Assembly: GCA_964035545.1 (NCBI GenBank)
Contig: OZ037767.1
Coordinates: forward strand, 29,280,628-29,344,627
From: Bugula neritina
Lineage: Eukaryota; Animalia; Bryozoa
Reading direction: 5' to 3'
DNA length: 64,000 nt
A program made the position numbers and the translations under genes. This document shows positions 46,238 to 60,800 of the stretch, one piece after another (position 1 is the first letter of the stretch; each line of letters starts with the position of its first letter). The notes beneath the pieces were generated by a model. The model made no database searches. It was not told where the DNA came from and was given only the letters and a program-made list of their open reading frames with translations.

Positions 46238-49200
46238 ATGAACTACTATGAAGTAAGTATTCAATAAAATATAAATTTATTTAGGTACAAAGTTGAAGCT
46301 TGACAACAATATGTTGAAGTGTTTTTCTGGACACACAAATTTATCTACATGACCTTGAAAAAGTCATAGACTGATATAGCAATTGTTTGTTGACTTGTTT
46401 ATCAACTTGTAATGGGAAAATGTGAAAACTTTTATACCTATTGGTGATGTAGAGGCTTAGCTTACACTAATGAATTGTATCACTATACAATTACATATTT
46501 ATACTTGTAGTGCTTTTATCAAGGTTATTTTATAGAACTTTAACCTGGTGGTTATTGCAACCAATAGTAAGGAGGCACTAACCCTTTCCTTAAGCTATAG
46601 TATAATGATCAGTATAGACTAGGCAGTTCATTTCGTGGTCTGCCGTTGTTGAGCTAGGTAGGCTAATAGTCAGCCATAACTGCAGTTGTAGAATAATTCA
46701 ATTGTAATAGAACTTCTTTTCTCTCAAATATATATCACAAGGTAGGTTTGATTTATATTACAAATAAGCATTATTATTGTGTTTATTTTAAAGTCCATGA
46801 ATTAATTAAATTATTAACTTATCCAAATTAAAAAAACTAAATATTTTTGTTCAGTAAGGCTACATATCTTGATGCATGATGGTGTTATGAAAATGTCAAT
46901 GGCATGTTGTGGTGAAATTATACCTTATTCAAATCATATAATAACTAGAGAGTTAGTAGATATGAATTGTTTTTGCAGGCAGGTAACATGTCCTACAGCT
47001 ACTACCGATGTGCTAGTAATCCTCTAATAAACAGAGTGGAAACCTCGGAGATGTTCCAGTCTCCATTCCTGCCCTTACAGGGTACAGCGACACACCCATT
47101 TCTCTACTACAACCCTCCACAGCATGGCTTCAATCAGCTACTCAACACTGGTAACTCTATGGCATACATGCACAGAAGGGCTCATGGCGGGAGTAACAGC
47201 ACAACTAGTAGCCCTGTAAGCACAATATCAAACGAGGAATCTCTAGATACGTCCACAAGGCACGAGCAGGCGCATAATACTCTACCGATATGCCACAACA
47301 CTTTTCGGTCTTTAAACTTTCCGGAAGTTAGAAGGTTATCCTCTAAGAATAACTCTCAGTTGTGTCAGCGTTCCATATCTCAGCCTGCGCTGGCAGACCA
47401 ACCCATAGACTTGACGAAACCTAAATCAACTCGAGGATCTCATCTCGCCAATTTGTTGAGTCGAAAAAGAAAAGACAGTTTTGAGAATAAAAGCTGTGAC
47501 CAATCCAATCCCCTTAACCTCAGTAAAAGGTTATGTACTGCGTCCAGTACTATGCATCATATAGACTCTAAGAGACAGCTAGATGCTGTAATAGACATGA
47601 ATGATGCAATAGACAGTCCTGTCGAACTCGTTCAATTGTACGAATCTACCCAGACTACACTCCAAATCTCTGAGTATCTAAATCAGGTAGGAATTTCATT
47701 TTATGTAACATTGGTGTTAATTTGAATTCAACTTTTAGTTTGAGTTTGATGATTCAACTTGTGTGGTCTAGAATTTCAATCGAGATTAAATTCTAAACTG
47801 AATTCCCAAAAGTAATTTTAGAAGTTGTCTGTTCCATTTAAAACCGATGTGGCCAGTATAATGGGGTACAGTAGCCGTGTAATTGTCATATGATCATTCT
47901 TAATCTGTTTGTCATTTCCTTGTTAATAGGATCTTAGTTTTCCCCATGACAAACCAATTTTTAAATTATTGGATTATCCAACCATTATCTTGATGTGGTC
48001 ATGAATATGCTATCTCATAAAATGCACCATTTCTGAGTAAACATCATTAAGTCAAAAATATTCAGCTGACAAGAAAACAGTGAATTATATTCTAATAAAA
48101 CAGATTGTAGATTTGGAAAGAGCATATTATTCTAGTAAATTTATAGCAAAAAACAATAATTTATTTACAAAACTAATTAAGCCTGCAAATTAGATATTTT
48201 GACAACTATAGTGTATTATTTTGATACTAGCAAATATTTTTATAAAATAAATAAGGTTGGTTAGCATGGCATTGCCTAAGCAAGATATACAGCATTGCTT
48301 AATTATTTTACCAATTTGCAGATGCTGTGCAAATTGTTCACACTTCCACAGTTTGTGGATCTGGTTGAAGCTGACAAAATACTGCTGACTTTAAACTGTT
48401 GGCACAGATTGCTGCTCTGGGTTTATGCTGAGCAGAAGTTCTCCTTTAAAATCACTCATTTGCCAGAATTTGAAAACCAGCTTTCTTCCAAAAAGAGTAA
48501 AGCTAAACGTATTAACCAGCCTTCAATGGCATTTGTCAAATGTAAGTTAATTTTATGTTATTTTATGCGTAAGTTATTTTCACAGGCATTCCAAAACCCT
48601 TAAATTGAGCTAGATAATATTTTTCATAGTGTGCACATTTTTTATAATTTCTTTTTTGTATTTAGCTAGTTAAGATACATTATGATGATAAATCTTTTCA
48701 ACAGCTAACCGCAAATCTTTTTTTTCAAAGATTTATTCAACAAAAAGCTCAATTTAATAGGATGTTTAAAATTTCACTTAAAATTGTTAAATTACTAGTT
48801 TAGAAGTAAAAAATTCAAATTTCAAATTTGTTGAAATAAAAAACACATTTTAGGGTTACAAAATGCAGTAATACATCTTTGCTTTAAGAATTATAATTTA
48901 TGTGTTTTACTTTAATGAAACATGTAATAAGAAATGGATAGAGTTGCTGTTTAAAGTCTAAGCTTAAATTTGTTTGTATTTTTATTTCTGTAGTTCTGTT
49001 TTGATATGAATCTAGTGCTATATTAATATATATTCATCTTTATTTTAGCAATAGCGACATTCATCAAAAAATATGAAACTTTAAACATTGACTTCAAAGA
49101 AATGACTCTTCTCTTTGCCATCACCCTATTTCACACAGGTAGGTGATTCTAAACTCTAATCAAATAGTTTTCTAAATTCACTTAATTATAAAAACTTCAT

Positions 49201-52112
49201 ACTTTTAATTATGCTGATTCATATGCAAGTAATTTATCATCTGTTGAAATTGTCATTGAATGGAAAAACAAAAATGCAACGTATGTTGAAGTAGTATATG
49301 TAACAGAAAATATATAACGTGCTACTTTCAACAATACTAGGAAGCTGTTTTTACAATCGTACCCTGACATGCTATACATTGAGTTGAAATGGGAATAGTT
49401 TGTTAAGCTTGCCTTGTTTTTGCTGCTTCACCAGTTCTTTTGTAATATTGGTCTGTTGAGATGATACTAAGGCTGTCAGTGTAAAAATATGTACAGATAC
49501 AAAAATACTTGAGTATATAAATAGACAATGCATGTTTCCTAGAAAAATATCAGTAGTTTGTGGCATGCCATTACAGAGCTAGTAGTACAACTATTCCACG
49601 AAACCCTTTTTTATATCTTCCAGCCATCATTATATAAATACATTCCTAACAACTTTCCACTTAGTGTAGTCAATATAGCTATGACATTCGTAGCTACGCC
49701 AGTGGGCTACAATTTGCATCTCTTCAAATGTTCTCCAGCTTATTTAAGTTAGGTTAAAAGATATGTTTACATTATATGGGGAGCTCTAAAAACATAAATA
49801 TGTAAATTTTTATTCTGTAAATGACTTTATTTCGTAATAATCTCCATTTTCTATTGAAAAATGAGATTTGAATATGAGTATGGGATGTGGGTCCCAGGGG
49901 GTCTCAGGGGGGTCCTAGGGGCTCTCAGGGCATCTCAGGTTAATTTATTACTTCAAAAGTGGTCATTATTTTATAAAATTTCAACAACATTGAGCTGGTT
50001 AATGCAACTCACTCCAGAGATATGCTAATATAATTATAACAGTTGAGTATATATTTAGAATTTTCATCATGTTTATTTTCACCTTAGCATATCCTATATT
50101 TAGGAATAGTTCATTAAGTTCAAATACAGTTGACACAGTTTAGTGTACAATACATAATAGATATATTATTACATATGCATCCATAAGCCCTGTTAGTAGT
50201 TACACAGTAGAATATACTACCATACATACTACTAGTTTCTATAATATCTTGCTAAAATTATATGATGTTTCAATTTGAATCTTACTTGATGGTGAATCAT
50301 GTAACCAACTGCCATCAGCAGATTATTTTGAGCAGTAGGTGTTGTTAACACTAATCGTATGAGGTCTAAGTTAGCTTACTATTCAAAGGTGAAACTACAA
50401 AATTGTGTTATAATTTTTACTTTGATGCACTCAATAGTACATTGATAGAACTGAAATTGTGTATCATATAACAGTTTACGCTGTTGGCCAGGAAAACAAA
50501 TAATAATATTATTATTAACAGCTAGTTACCAGAATCAATAAGAGTGAAATTATAAAGGGATAATTTATAATAGGTTGTCCCAAGATGGTGGTTGACTGTT
50601 CATTTGAGGACCACGCCAATTGGTGATTCAAATCACTCTCAGAAACTGATTTTCACGAAGCTCTAATGACCAAGTTTATTTGTGGAATGACCAGTTCTTG
50701 TAAATAGGTGTTAAAATAAAATGCTGAAATGTCTTGGCTAGAAATCGATAGGGCATGACTAATAAATTAATGTTTAAAATGAGTAACCAGAGAATTTATA
50801 GAGCTGTAAACTGTCACATTTTTCTGCCATATAGATTCTACATGGTGATGTTAAATTGTTGTATTACAATTATTAAATTTTTTCTATTTTATGTTCAAAT
50901 ATTAAAACATGGTAATTTTATATCTCAGCTATTTTGAAGTGCAGCTGTTCAAATTAAACAAAATGAACCCGACTGAGATTTTTTTAAAAGAAATTTGGTT
51001 GGGAAACTCAAAATAATTTTCACTTGAGCGTAATTTTATGCAGCTAAACATAACACATTTAGCTTAATGTAACGTCAGATTATACCTATTCTAAAAATAA
51101 GAAAATTAAATTTTAGTGCAGTTTTGTAGCGTTTAAACCACAAAATCTTAAAAATTAGATATTTCACTTCATACTAAAATTTGACTTAATTAACTTATAT
51201 TGGGTATAAGCTATAAACTGGTGAGCTGCCAGTATTGATGCACACACCCCTGACTTCTATCAAATGCTCAATCACCAATTGTTTGGTAGCTTACGCAGAT
51301 TATTTAAGTCTATGATATTTATATATGATTTATGTAATATTGATTGCGAACCATTTTGATATTATATAGAATTGAAAAGATATAATATGGCACAGTGAGG
51401 ATAAACGATATGCACCAAATGCTTTGAAAATTTAACACCAGATAATTTCTAAGAGTTTGGTCTACTTGAAAAGATCCTGTACTGTCAAAGATTGGTCACG
51501 CTTTGAGACGTTCCATTTTGTTTACTAGTTGCAGACCTCCTAGTTCGTTATGGCGTCCATTAGACGCGTCTGCCCTTTGTACATGTCAAAATTAAATTAA
51601 ATTTGATCTTCCGTAACCATATTATTTCTAAAAAGCCCCCTATAAGTATATGAGCTACAATGACATTTACCTTACAAGTGTAGCCAGAATTTGTATCCCG
51701 GCCAGCCATTTGCGGTTACAGAATAAAAAATTTACCGATCTTTTGTGACCTGCACCTGTCAGTGCGGAATAAGCCTTGAGACAAGGTAAACCAAATCCGA
51801 TGCTTTGACGTTGCCGGTTCAAAAGGATTTTTTTCTTTTGTAGAAAGTCCTAACAGCGAAGAACCAGAAAAAATAATTAGCAGCAGAAAATATTTCACTC
51901 AGCAGTTGCATTCCTACGTCATGTCTAAACCAGGAGGCGGAGCTAAACGTTACGCGGATCTTCTGCTCTACTTACCCATGTTGTATGGAGTCAATGGGAA
52001 AATGGTTGAGACATTGTTCTGCAAACATTTATCTAATCACGGCGAGATGAAAATCATTCTTAAAGAAACTATTAGAAGACTCTCTTTATCAACTCAACTT
52101 CAATTTGTATAA
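46238..52112 (+). CDS. Nuclear receptor ligand-binding-domain protein lacking a DNA-binding domain (NR0B/DAX1-SHP-like), about 433 aa; exons 46238-46252, 46979-47686, 48322-48541, 49049-49138, 51844-52112
   Basis: LBD signature LPQFVDLVEADKILLTLNCWHRL; PSMAFVKSIATFIKKYETLNIDFKEMTLLFAITLF (compare DAX1 [35 protein letters not shown]); RYADLLLYLPML; AF-2-like ILKETI. There is no C4 zinc finger, and an in-frame TAA (46199) lies upstream of the ATG. Confidence 0.8.
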
Positions 52113-55100
52113 CAAAATATAATTTTTTAATGTCATTTGTATTGCAAAAATTTCTTTCGAAATTTGTTTAAATTAATTTCATTTTTTGACTGGTAATATA
52201 CTAGGTATATAAATATTATACTGTAGCAAAATGTCAATTTATAGTTGTGAATATTTGCTGTTGATTTGAAATAGACTGCAAGTCCCATAGATGGTTATGT
52301 TGAAACATACAACTTTACTTTGTTCTTGTACCTTTAGAGCCATAAAACCTTGCCTGCTCTCTCCCTAGCATAGCATAGCATAAAATTGTTACTGCCTATC
52401 TCATTATAGCTCTATAGGGTTAATTCATCATAGCCTTTAAGGAAAATATAATAGATATTCAATTATAAGCTTTCTATTGCTGAAGCAAATTTTGTTAACT
52501 TATAGTAGCTATCCCACAACAAAAATTAATTAAAAGTTATTTTCTATTTTAATTAGATTTTAGTTTTTAAAAATATGCTATGATTCAGTTTTAAGAATGC
52601 AAGAAGTAAAAGGCTACAAAATAACAAATAAATATATGTAATGTAATGTAATGAATTATTCTAAATTTAAATTATAAAAATTTGTGTAGCTGAAAAAATG
52701 ACAGTCTCAATAACATTCTATAGGTAGCTTATTGTGGTATAACAATGATGGTGCAAGGCTTTCCCCAGCTTTTAATGTATTTTAAACTTTATTCCACAAG
52801 TACCCAGACATCCTTTTCATTGGCCATTATCTTGTTTACTCTTTGAGGTTTGGGTGTACCTCTTACAAGCAGATATAAATTTCAGACAGCAGTTATTACA
52901 TATTATAGGATCAAATTGCATTTCTGTTTAAAGCATTTCAACAACTAAATTATTGGAGCTTCAAAACAGTCGCTAGTTATATTAATGATTAGCAAGTGCT
53001 AAGAAAGAGAGGGGGGTCATATTGTACTCAGTGGACAGTGGTCACAGCTGGTTACAGGAGTGAAATGTCTTTTAAACTGACATCTACATATCTTGAGACA
53101 TTGGTGGGTATATATATTTTAGATTATTCGTTGAGTTTAGCAACTGCAAAAAATGTAGGTTTAATTACATTCATAAGCATTAGATTTTAATCAATGATAG
53201 GCTTAGCATGATTGATGATGATTCAAATGTTGAAAAGGTTGCGGCGAATCACAAAGCAACACTTGCTCTCTAATTTAGGTCAGTACATATGTCATAAGCA
53301 CTTAGCCCTAGGCCCAAGCAACAACTTTAAACGCAGGTTGGGAGTTGACTAATTGGATGCGCTGGGTTTACCAAATACTGGAAAAAAGTTTTCGTCATTT
53401 GATGAAATATTGGCTAGAGACAAACTCTATTTGTTGGCTAAGTCTCAACACAAATATCAAGGACATATATCTCTGCTATTCACAAAAAATGCTAATGCAA
53501 TATAATATTACGTTAGCATCAAATAACACTGCTAACAAATGTCAGCTGTGGGCTGAATGTGCAGATAAAATCTGCAGCCTATCCAAGGAAAGTCACTACT
53601 TTGCAACGAGGTTATTGACATGAACTATGCTCAAAAAAAATTATGTTCATATTGGTGTGAAGTTCTTATATACACTATTCCTGGTTTCTATGTACATTCA
53701 AGTTACTAAGAGCTCTTATATACAGCTGCAACGTTTGAAATTATTATGCAAAATTTTTTGTGCACTGCACTATGATATAAATACCTACTAATATCTACTA
53801 ATCGGGAGTTTAGGCCTTTATTATATAACTGGGCATATTACAAGCTGGCACAAAGGAAGAGGGACATTCGTAGCAAAATAAATACTTAAATACATTCTAA
53901 TTATTCATTGCAGTCATCAAAATGAAAATAAATAACGGCCAAATGTCAATAACACTGACGTTATTAGGTTGGCAATTATATGATATGGTAATATTTTGCA
54001 AGGTCAGGTGTATATGCAGAGTGACATGTATAAATAAAAATACTAACTAATTGCAAACCATTGCAGATCAGCAAAAGTTCCAATTAGTATCAACTAAATA
54101 TATTATATAATTCCAAATAATTTTGGTTGCAGAATTTTTGACCTCCTTATAATTAAATTGTGGGTGGAGCTATAAATGTTATTTTGAGTCTTTGATTTCA
54201 ACTGCCTGCTTTGCACTAATACACCAGCAAAAATGTGAGAAATTTACCAATTATCAACCTGTTGAAATTTAAACTGTTCGCCTGACACCAGATTCAACTA
54301 TTAATTAGAATCAATGAGACACTTCAAATTTATGCATTTTCATGATAAGCGAACCCAAGTTCCATGTACATATTTAGGAAATGCTGGATAAAATGAAATC
54401 AAAATTATAGTCAACATTATTTTGCATTATATTTTAAATAAAATAAAATATGAAAAATATATGTGCAGACGTAATATGTAAATACTTTTTCCATATCATT
54501 GGAGATCATTGTTTGAGGTCATTGCTAGAGTTCTTTACAGTATCAGTGGTTTTTTTATTTAGAATGTCAGAATACGAAAAATGGCTATCGGCACAATGAC
54601 TGGGTGTAAACTGCTTAAATGATGTCTTATGTACGAAAATAAACTTGCTCAATGAAGTAAAAAGTGTACATTTAATCATTATTGTTTAGGGCCATTTGCA
54701 AATTAACTGTTAGCAGATAAAGAAAGTTTTATTATATAGCAATATCTAAATAAAGTTTATCGCAGAATTTGCAACAGAATAGCTTTTAAAGTTCCCTTGA
54801 AATGCTCAAAGCAGTGTTAAATTTAAATTTTTGAATAATTATGGTAATAAAATAATCAAGCTGGTTACACGCTACAAGTTGATTAGCCATATTGTTTTAA
54901 ATGAGCTACCAGGTAAAAGTAAATCTAGGTCAGGTAAAAGTGTATAATATATCATATACAAGCTAAAGGCTTTAATAACTTTTTCTAGAAAAAGAGTTTC
55001 AATTTGCTAAAATACTAATGGAATAAATCTGGTGGACCATAGATTTATTTCAAACTATTAACTCTTGACACACACAATTGGTTACAAATTGAAAACATTT

Positions 55101-57837
55101 TATTTTTGCCAGTAATGCAGAAAAGTTACAAAACAGTCTATTTAGACAAGTTCTAAATGTTTTTGGTATAAATTCTGGTGTTGACACTTGGGTTGTTTAA
55201 AATGCAGTACTTTAGACTTAAGTACTTTGCATTGCTTACTTGTTACAGTATTCACTTATGCATCCATGACATGCATACCACTTAATCAAATCTATTAAAA
55301 ATTCAAATTTTTGAAGAAAAAAATTGTTAACGGTAATCTGTATCCTCTAACTGCTTAAATTACACCAAAAAGTTGTTAGAAATATTTTAAACTATTTTTT
55401 AGCTACCATAGTTGTCAGCTTATAATTTGATCAACCGAGACTTTCAAGTACTTCTATCAAAACTTCTAAATTGTTTCAACATGATAAAAACTTAACAGTC
55501 AAATTAGGTTAGCCAAAAGAAAATGGTTGTTTCCAAACAAGACAAAAAAAATTGTGACTAAGCTGTAGAAAGTGAAAACTGAGCTAAAGCTGTAATTAAT
55601 TTTAAAACTTATGGGTAGTTAATGAGTAATTGTTTTATGGTGCACCTGCAACAGTACTTATTTTTAACTACCATCAGAAATTAGCATGCTATAGTGGGGT
55701 GATGTGCACGTGCATATCGTAGCATAGCTGTCGGCATTGAAAGATGAAAAATACATGTTAATTGCATAATGCACATTAGGCTATAGAAGAGTACAAACTT
55801 GAATAGTTTTAGCTTTAAACTAACCACTTTCATACCACTTGAACTTATCATGACTGCTATAGACATTCTCATTTGTAAATTCTGATGTCTATTATAAAGT
55901 GTACAAAATATTGCAAATGAGTGAAGAACCAGTGGCTTTGCCATTGACGAAATTAATGCATCTTTATATATATTTTGGGCATTAGCACTTCAACAGTCTG
56001 TATTGATGTTTTATTTCAATAGATCACTGTATTATTTCATCAACGCTCGACTATGGTTTTAATTTTCAACTTTTTTAATTAAAACATTTAATTTCAACCT
56101 TGCTATTGAAGTTCTATAATGGAGACACCATCCTCATATCATCAGGATTAATGATGGACATAAAATATGTGACCTTTATTTAACCCATTGGACATTATAT
56201 TTCTTAAGAACACCTATTCAGCTGCACCATTTCTCACAAAAAGACCGCAAACATGACACTTGAGTTAGTACAGTCGAGTGTTTTCAATATGGTGACATAT
56301 GAGAAGGATTTTATGACTAGCGAGTTTGACACAGCAAAGAATGTGGTTAGTTGACTTGCTAAGTATAGAAAACTGCCGCTTCTTTTCTTAAATGCCAAAC
56401 TCAAATATTTAAAACCTCATATACTTTGCTAAGTGCATTAATTTCTTTAATATAATTTTTTTTAAAATGGCTGCAATTCTTGTTAAACTGAACGCATTTT
56501 TCAAACTAGATTAAAGCAGAGAAAAATATACAGATCTTAAAATAAACTAAAAGTGATATTATTCTTCAAAATTGCTTTGCATTGACAAAAATTTTTTTTC
56601 TATAAATGTACACAATATAATTTGTACGAGGAAAGCACTTTGAAAATAAATATATCAAAAGAAATTAATTAATAAGTAGGTATGCTTGCATTTTCAACTT
56701 ATGACATGCTATGCAGACTGTAAGAGAGATATCCTTGAGTTAAACCTGGAAGTGAATTTTTCCCTGAAGATTATTGTTTTGTGTTCACTAGCCTATGGTA
56801 ACTAAAGGCTTGTAAGAATTCCTTTAATTATAATAGCAATCACAATATCATGTGTGTGATAATATGTGAATCATCTTAGTCAGACTGAAACCATGAACAT
56901 CAGACTATCTACCTGTGCATTTATAAACTTTATTTGCAATTTTTTTAATGTCAAGGCAATCTAATAACTATTTAAATCAAACTTTTTAATTAAATCTAAA
57001 TAATTTCAAATTGATTTTATGCAAGCAGCTGGATATTATTAAAATTATTACTATTGATTATGGACAGCATTTTTGCTGGCTGAATATTTATATCGACTAG
57101 TTTTGCATTCTAGATATCATGTAAGCTTTGCAGATCCAAGCTACTATTCCAACAATTTACTTTTTTTGTTCAAGGAAAATTCCCTCTTGGTTTTTATTCA
57201 AATCTTGCACTACTTTTACTTTGGTCTTAGAAAACAGTAATTTTATGTAGCCAGCAGAAGTATTTCTGTATATTGAAAGATTTAATGGAACAGGTATTAA
57301 TTATTTCAATGAAATTTTATTTTATGTGGTTTTGAGAATATTAAATGATTACATGACAGGAATAACTTTTTCGCTGAGCAAAAATAATTGCAATAGTATA
57401 AATATATTTTTTTCTATTTCAACTGAACATTTTCAAACAGTTACCACCAATATTTGTTAAAAGAAGGCTGAAGGCCTATCTTAATGAAAAAGAATGTGGT
57501 ACACCAATTGGCAGGCCTTTAATGATATGCATATCATGTGGTGTAGAATAATAATCAAATGGTAATGGGTGAAACACCAGAATGAAAACAAAATGATTTT
57601 TCTCATGTCACAAGTTTATTGGAAGTGAAATAGTGTTTGACAAATACAAATCTAAACCCAGTCTGCGAAATAGTATATTTACAATTAAAAATCTATGTAT
57701 ATACAAAGAACAAATTGTATTGTAAACACCATAGCCTAATCATTGTAATACTGAAACAAATGTACAACTTCAAGTCCATCAGTGAGATACAATCATATAG
57801 TGTCTGTATAGCCTAGGAGGAGCTCTAGCAGTCAGTT

Positions 57838-60800
57838 TTAGAGCATATTCTCGGGAGCCCACAGTTTGAATGTTCGGTCGAAAGAAGCAGTAGCTATGTA
57901 TTTGAGGTTAGATGATATATCAGCACTCATAATCTTTCCTTCGTGGGCTGCTAAGGTTCTAACCGGGGCACCTGTTGGGTGGGACCAGATCTTGCATGTG
58001 TTGTCATAGGATGCAGTCAATAGATAGTCACCTACAGTTGCTGCAACAAAAGATATCAACGATATATATACAAAAATAATCTTCCTAATAGTCTCTTACA
58101 GCAGCACAACCAAGAAATAAATATGTTTACAGTGATAATATCACAAAACAGTTTTACTTATGCTTATAATTGAAATCACAACTTATTTAATAGTTCAAAT
58201 ACCAGGAAGCTCCTTACCCATTCAATTATATTAGTATATTAATTATATTATTATTACTATATCAATTATTTTATTATTGTATTAATTCTATTATCTGTTA
58301 ATACAATATGTAATTCACACTCATATGTAAGCCAATAAATAATAGACACCAAAATAAAATGTATTCCAACAAAATTCAATTCATAACTATTATATTATAT
58401 AACGCATTGGTATAAATGAAAATTGTTTACATATTGATATAAATTTAGTTAAGCAATATTAGCAGACACTCTGATGCTTTTGAATAGAGCAGCAAGAAAT
58501 ACTAAAATTATAAACTAAATGGTTATTTGTCTAGTTGTAGTCGAGCAGTCAAACAGAAAATTAAACTTCGGTTTAATTGCTAAAAACAAAACATACGTAA
58601 ATTAACTACATTTACCATCTGTTTCTGATTTCTTAAATTTCGACAAAGAAATTCTATTTAATATGTTATTTTATAAATACAAGATTGAAATCAAAAATTA
58701 GCATTGAGTAACTTGTTTGAGGTAAATTATCCAATCATTTAAACTCTAATGAATGAAAAGACCAAACTTGACCCTCATCTAACACATACCGGAGGAAAGC
58801 TTCTAACATTTTCAATATTCATTTCAGTCAATAGAACAGGTTTCAAGACACGCAAGTTTGTGCACTAAAGACAATCTAAACCCATCACTTGCTAATAAAA
58901 CAGCATGTAGCTGCAGGGCTTTGACCCCACTAACATAACGCTAAAAAAGAGAATGGAGGGCACTGGGGACTGCAGAAACTGTTGAGGTTATGCACTTTAG
59001 ATGCGAATGTTTGGCCCCAAGCTAAGTCTGTCACCGCAGACACACATATAGGCTGTGGTGAAGCTTGTTATGTCTGAGAATAACAAAATCAGCCAAGGTT
59101 TACTGAGCATAAATAATAGAAAATGTATCGGTCCAGCAGTTACAAATCACTCCCGGGTGTCCAAGTTTGCCGATATTGTGTTCTTTCATTGACCATCATG
59201 CTAGTTCCTGCTCAAATGCTGTCTGTAGAAATCGGAAAAAGGTATGAATGACGTGATTATTATGGCCTTTTGGGACTGGCCAATGCTGTGAATAGCATGT
59301 TGACATGACCACCTCTGTCCAGTCCATTCATCGCAGCTTTGAAAAAAATAACTCATTAACCAGCAATTTTCTGCTTCAACTCAACGCTGTACTTAGAGAC
59401 TTGGAATATAAACTCTTAAATTTCACCATATATTTAGTTACTCACAGTTGATTCTACATTATCCTCAGCCAATAACCAGATAGACTCACAGGGTGACTGA
59501 TATAAATATATTGCAAGCATTGCAGTACAGCAGGATACCCATGCTTTACATCTAGTCCAGTTTCAAGTCATGGTGACATAGATTAATATACATTAAATTA
59601 CACTTAGTGTCAAAAATCTGTTGCGTGACATTACGTAAGGTACATTATAAATTACATGTATTATACTAGCTGTACAAATAGCTCAGGCCTTGTCTACAAT
59701 TTATGTGATAAATTAGAATTTAAACAGATAGAGGAGCTGTGGTAACTGACGTAATCACAACTGTTACATAATGTATTCCATAATGTATACATAATGCATC
59801 TCCGTTTCCTGGTTGAAAATAAAACATGTTTTGTGCATGCTAGAGCTTGCTTTCTCCCTGGGTTTTTACAGAGAGAAATGATTGCACATGTTCGTAGAAT
59901 GTAGACTGTACAAAAATAACCAGTCTACAGTATGGTGGCACCCTGATACTGCTTACTTAGTGTAACATCACTGATCAAAGTGTGATGTTTTTAGAAGCAG
60001 TCTCTGTCTGGGTATACACCAGTATTGAACTGAGTAACAAAGAAATATTTCCTTTCCTATTTATTTTATTCTTGTACCACATTAGCCAGCTGAGCCGATG
60101 ACACCGCTGTGGCGCTACCAATGTAATATAGCGGTAAAAATTAACTATGTACTAGCGCATTGACTACTAGTCCCATATTTTCAAACGTAGCCTTTGAAAT
60201 TAATTACTTACGCTGAAACCTAACCCGAGAGACTAAGTTTGTGTGGGCAGGTATCGTGTAGAGGCATCGTCTTTGGCGAATGTCCCAAACTTTAGCCGTG
60301 TTATCTTCTGAACCCGACGCTACGTGATAACTAGAAAAGCAAAAAATGCAGGATATACATATTCAAGGCGAATATTACCATCACACATATGATTGATGAG
60401 CAAGCTGTGTGCACCGCGAGAGCTAACGACTCAAGACGACACAAAATTTCAGACCTACGCCTGAGTTGAATGACACAAACCACTTTGTAAGATTCCCCCT
60501 GGAGGCTACTTCAGCACCCATGGGCTGCTAGCAGGTGACAGTGGCAGTTGTTAGAGATATTAATACAGAGTTACTTGCTGTAGCACCAATGTTGAGGATA
60601 TTTGAGGTGCTTTAGAATGTAACGAAGAAGTATAGGCTCACCCTGAAGGAGAGAAGTCCACAGACAATACTGATTTGAGATGACCCTCCATGAACATGAT
60701 GCAACGTCCTGTTCGAAGATCCCAAACTCTTCCGAACCCATCCAGCCCTCTGCAAATACAAGACACAATCTTCTATATGTGAGCCGCACACACACAGGCT

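Noticed and set aside
52200-57600. Possible hidden gene in the gap between the NR0B-like gene and PRPF4
   Set aside because: Only short ORFs without motifs; I could not build a phase-consistent exon chain.
60380-60545. SINE-like fragments (also at about 32600-32730 and 43720-43870)
   Set aside because: Too degenerate to classify or delimit without a repeat library.
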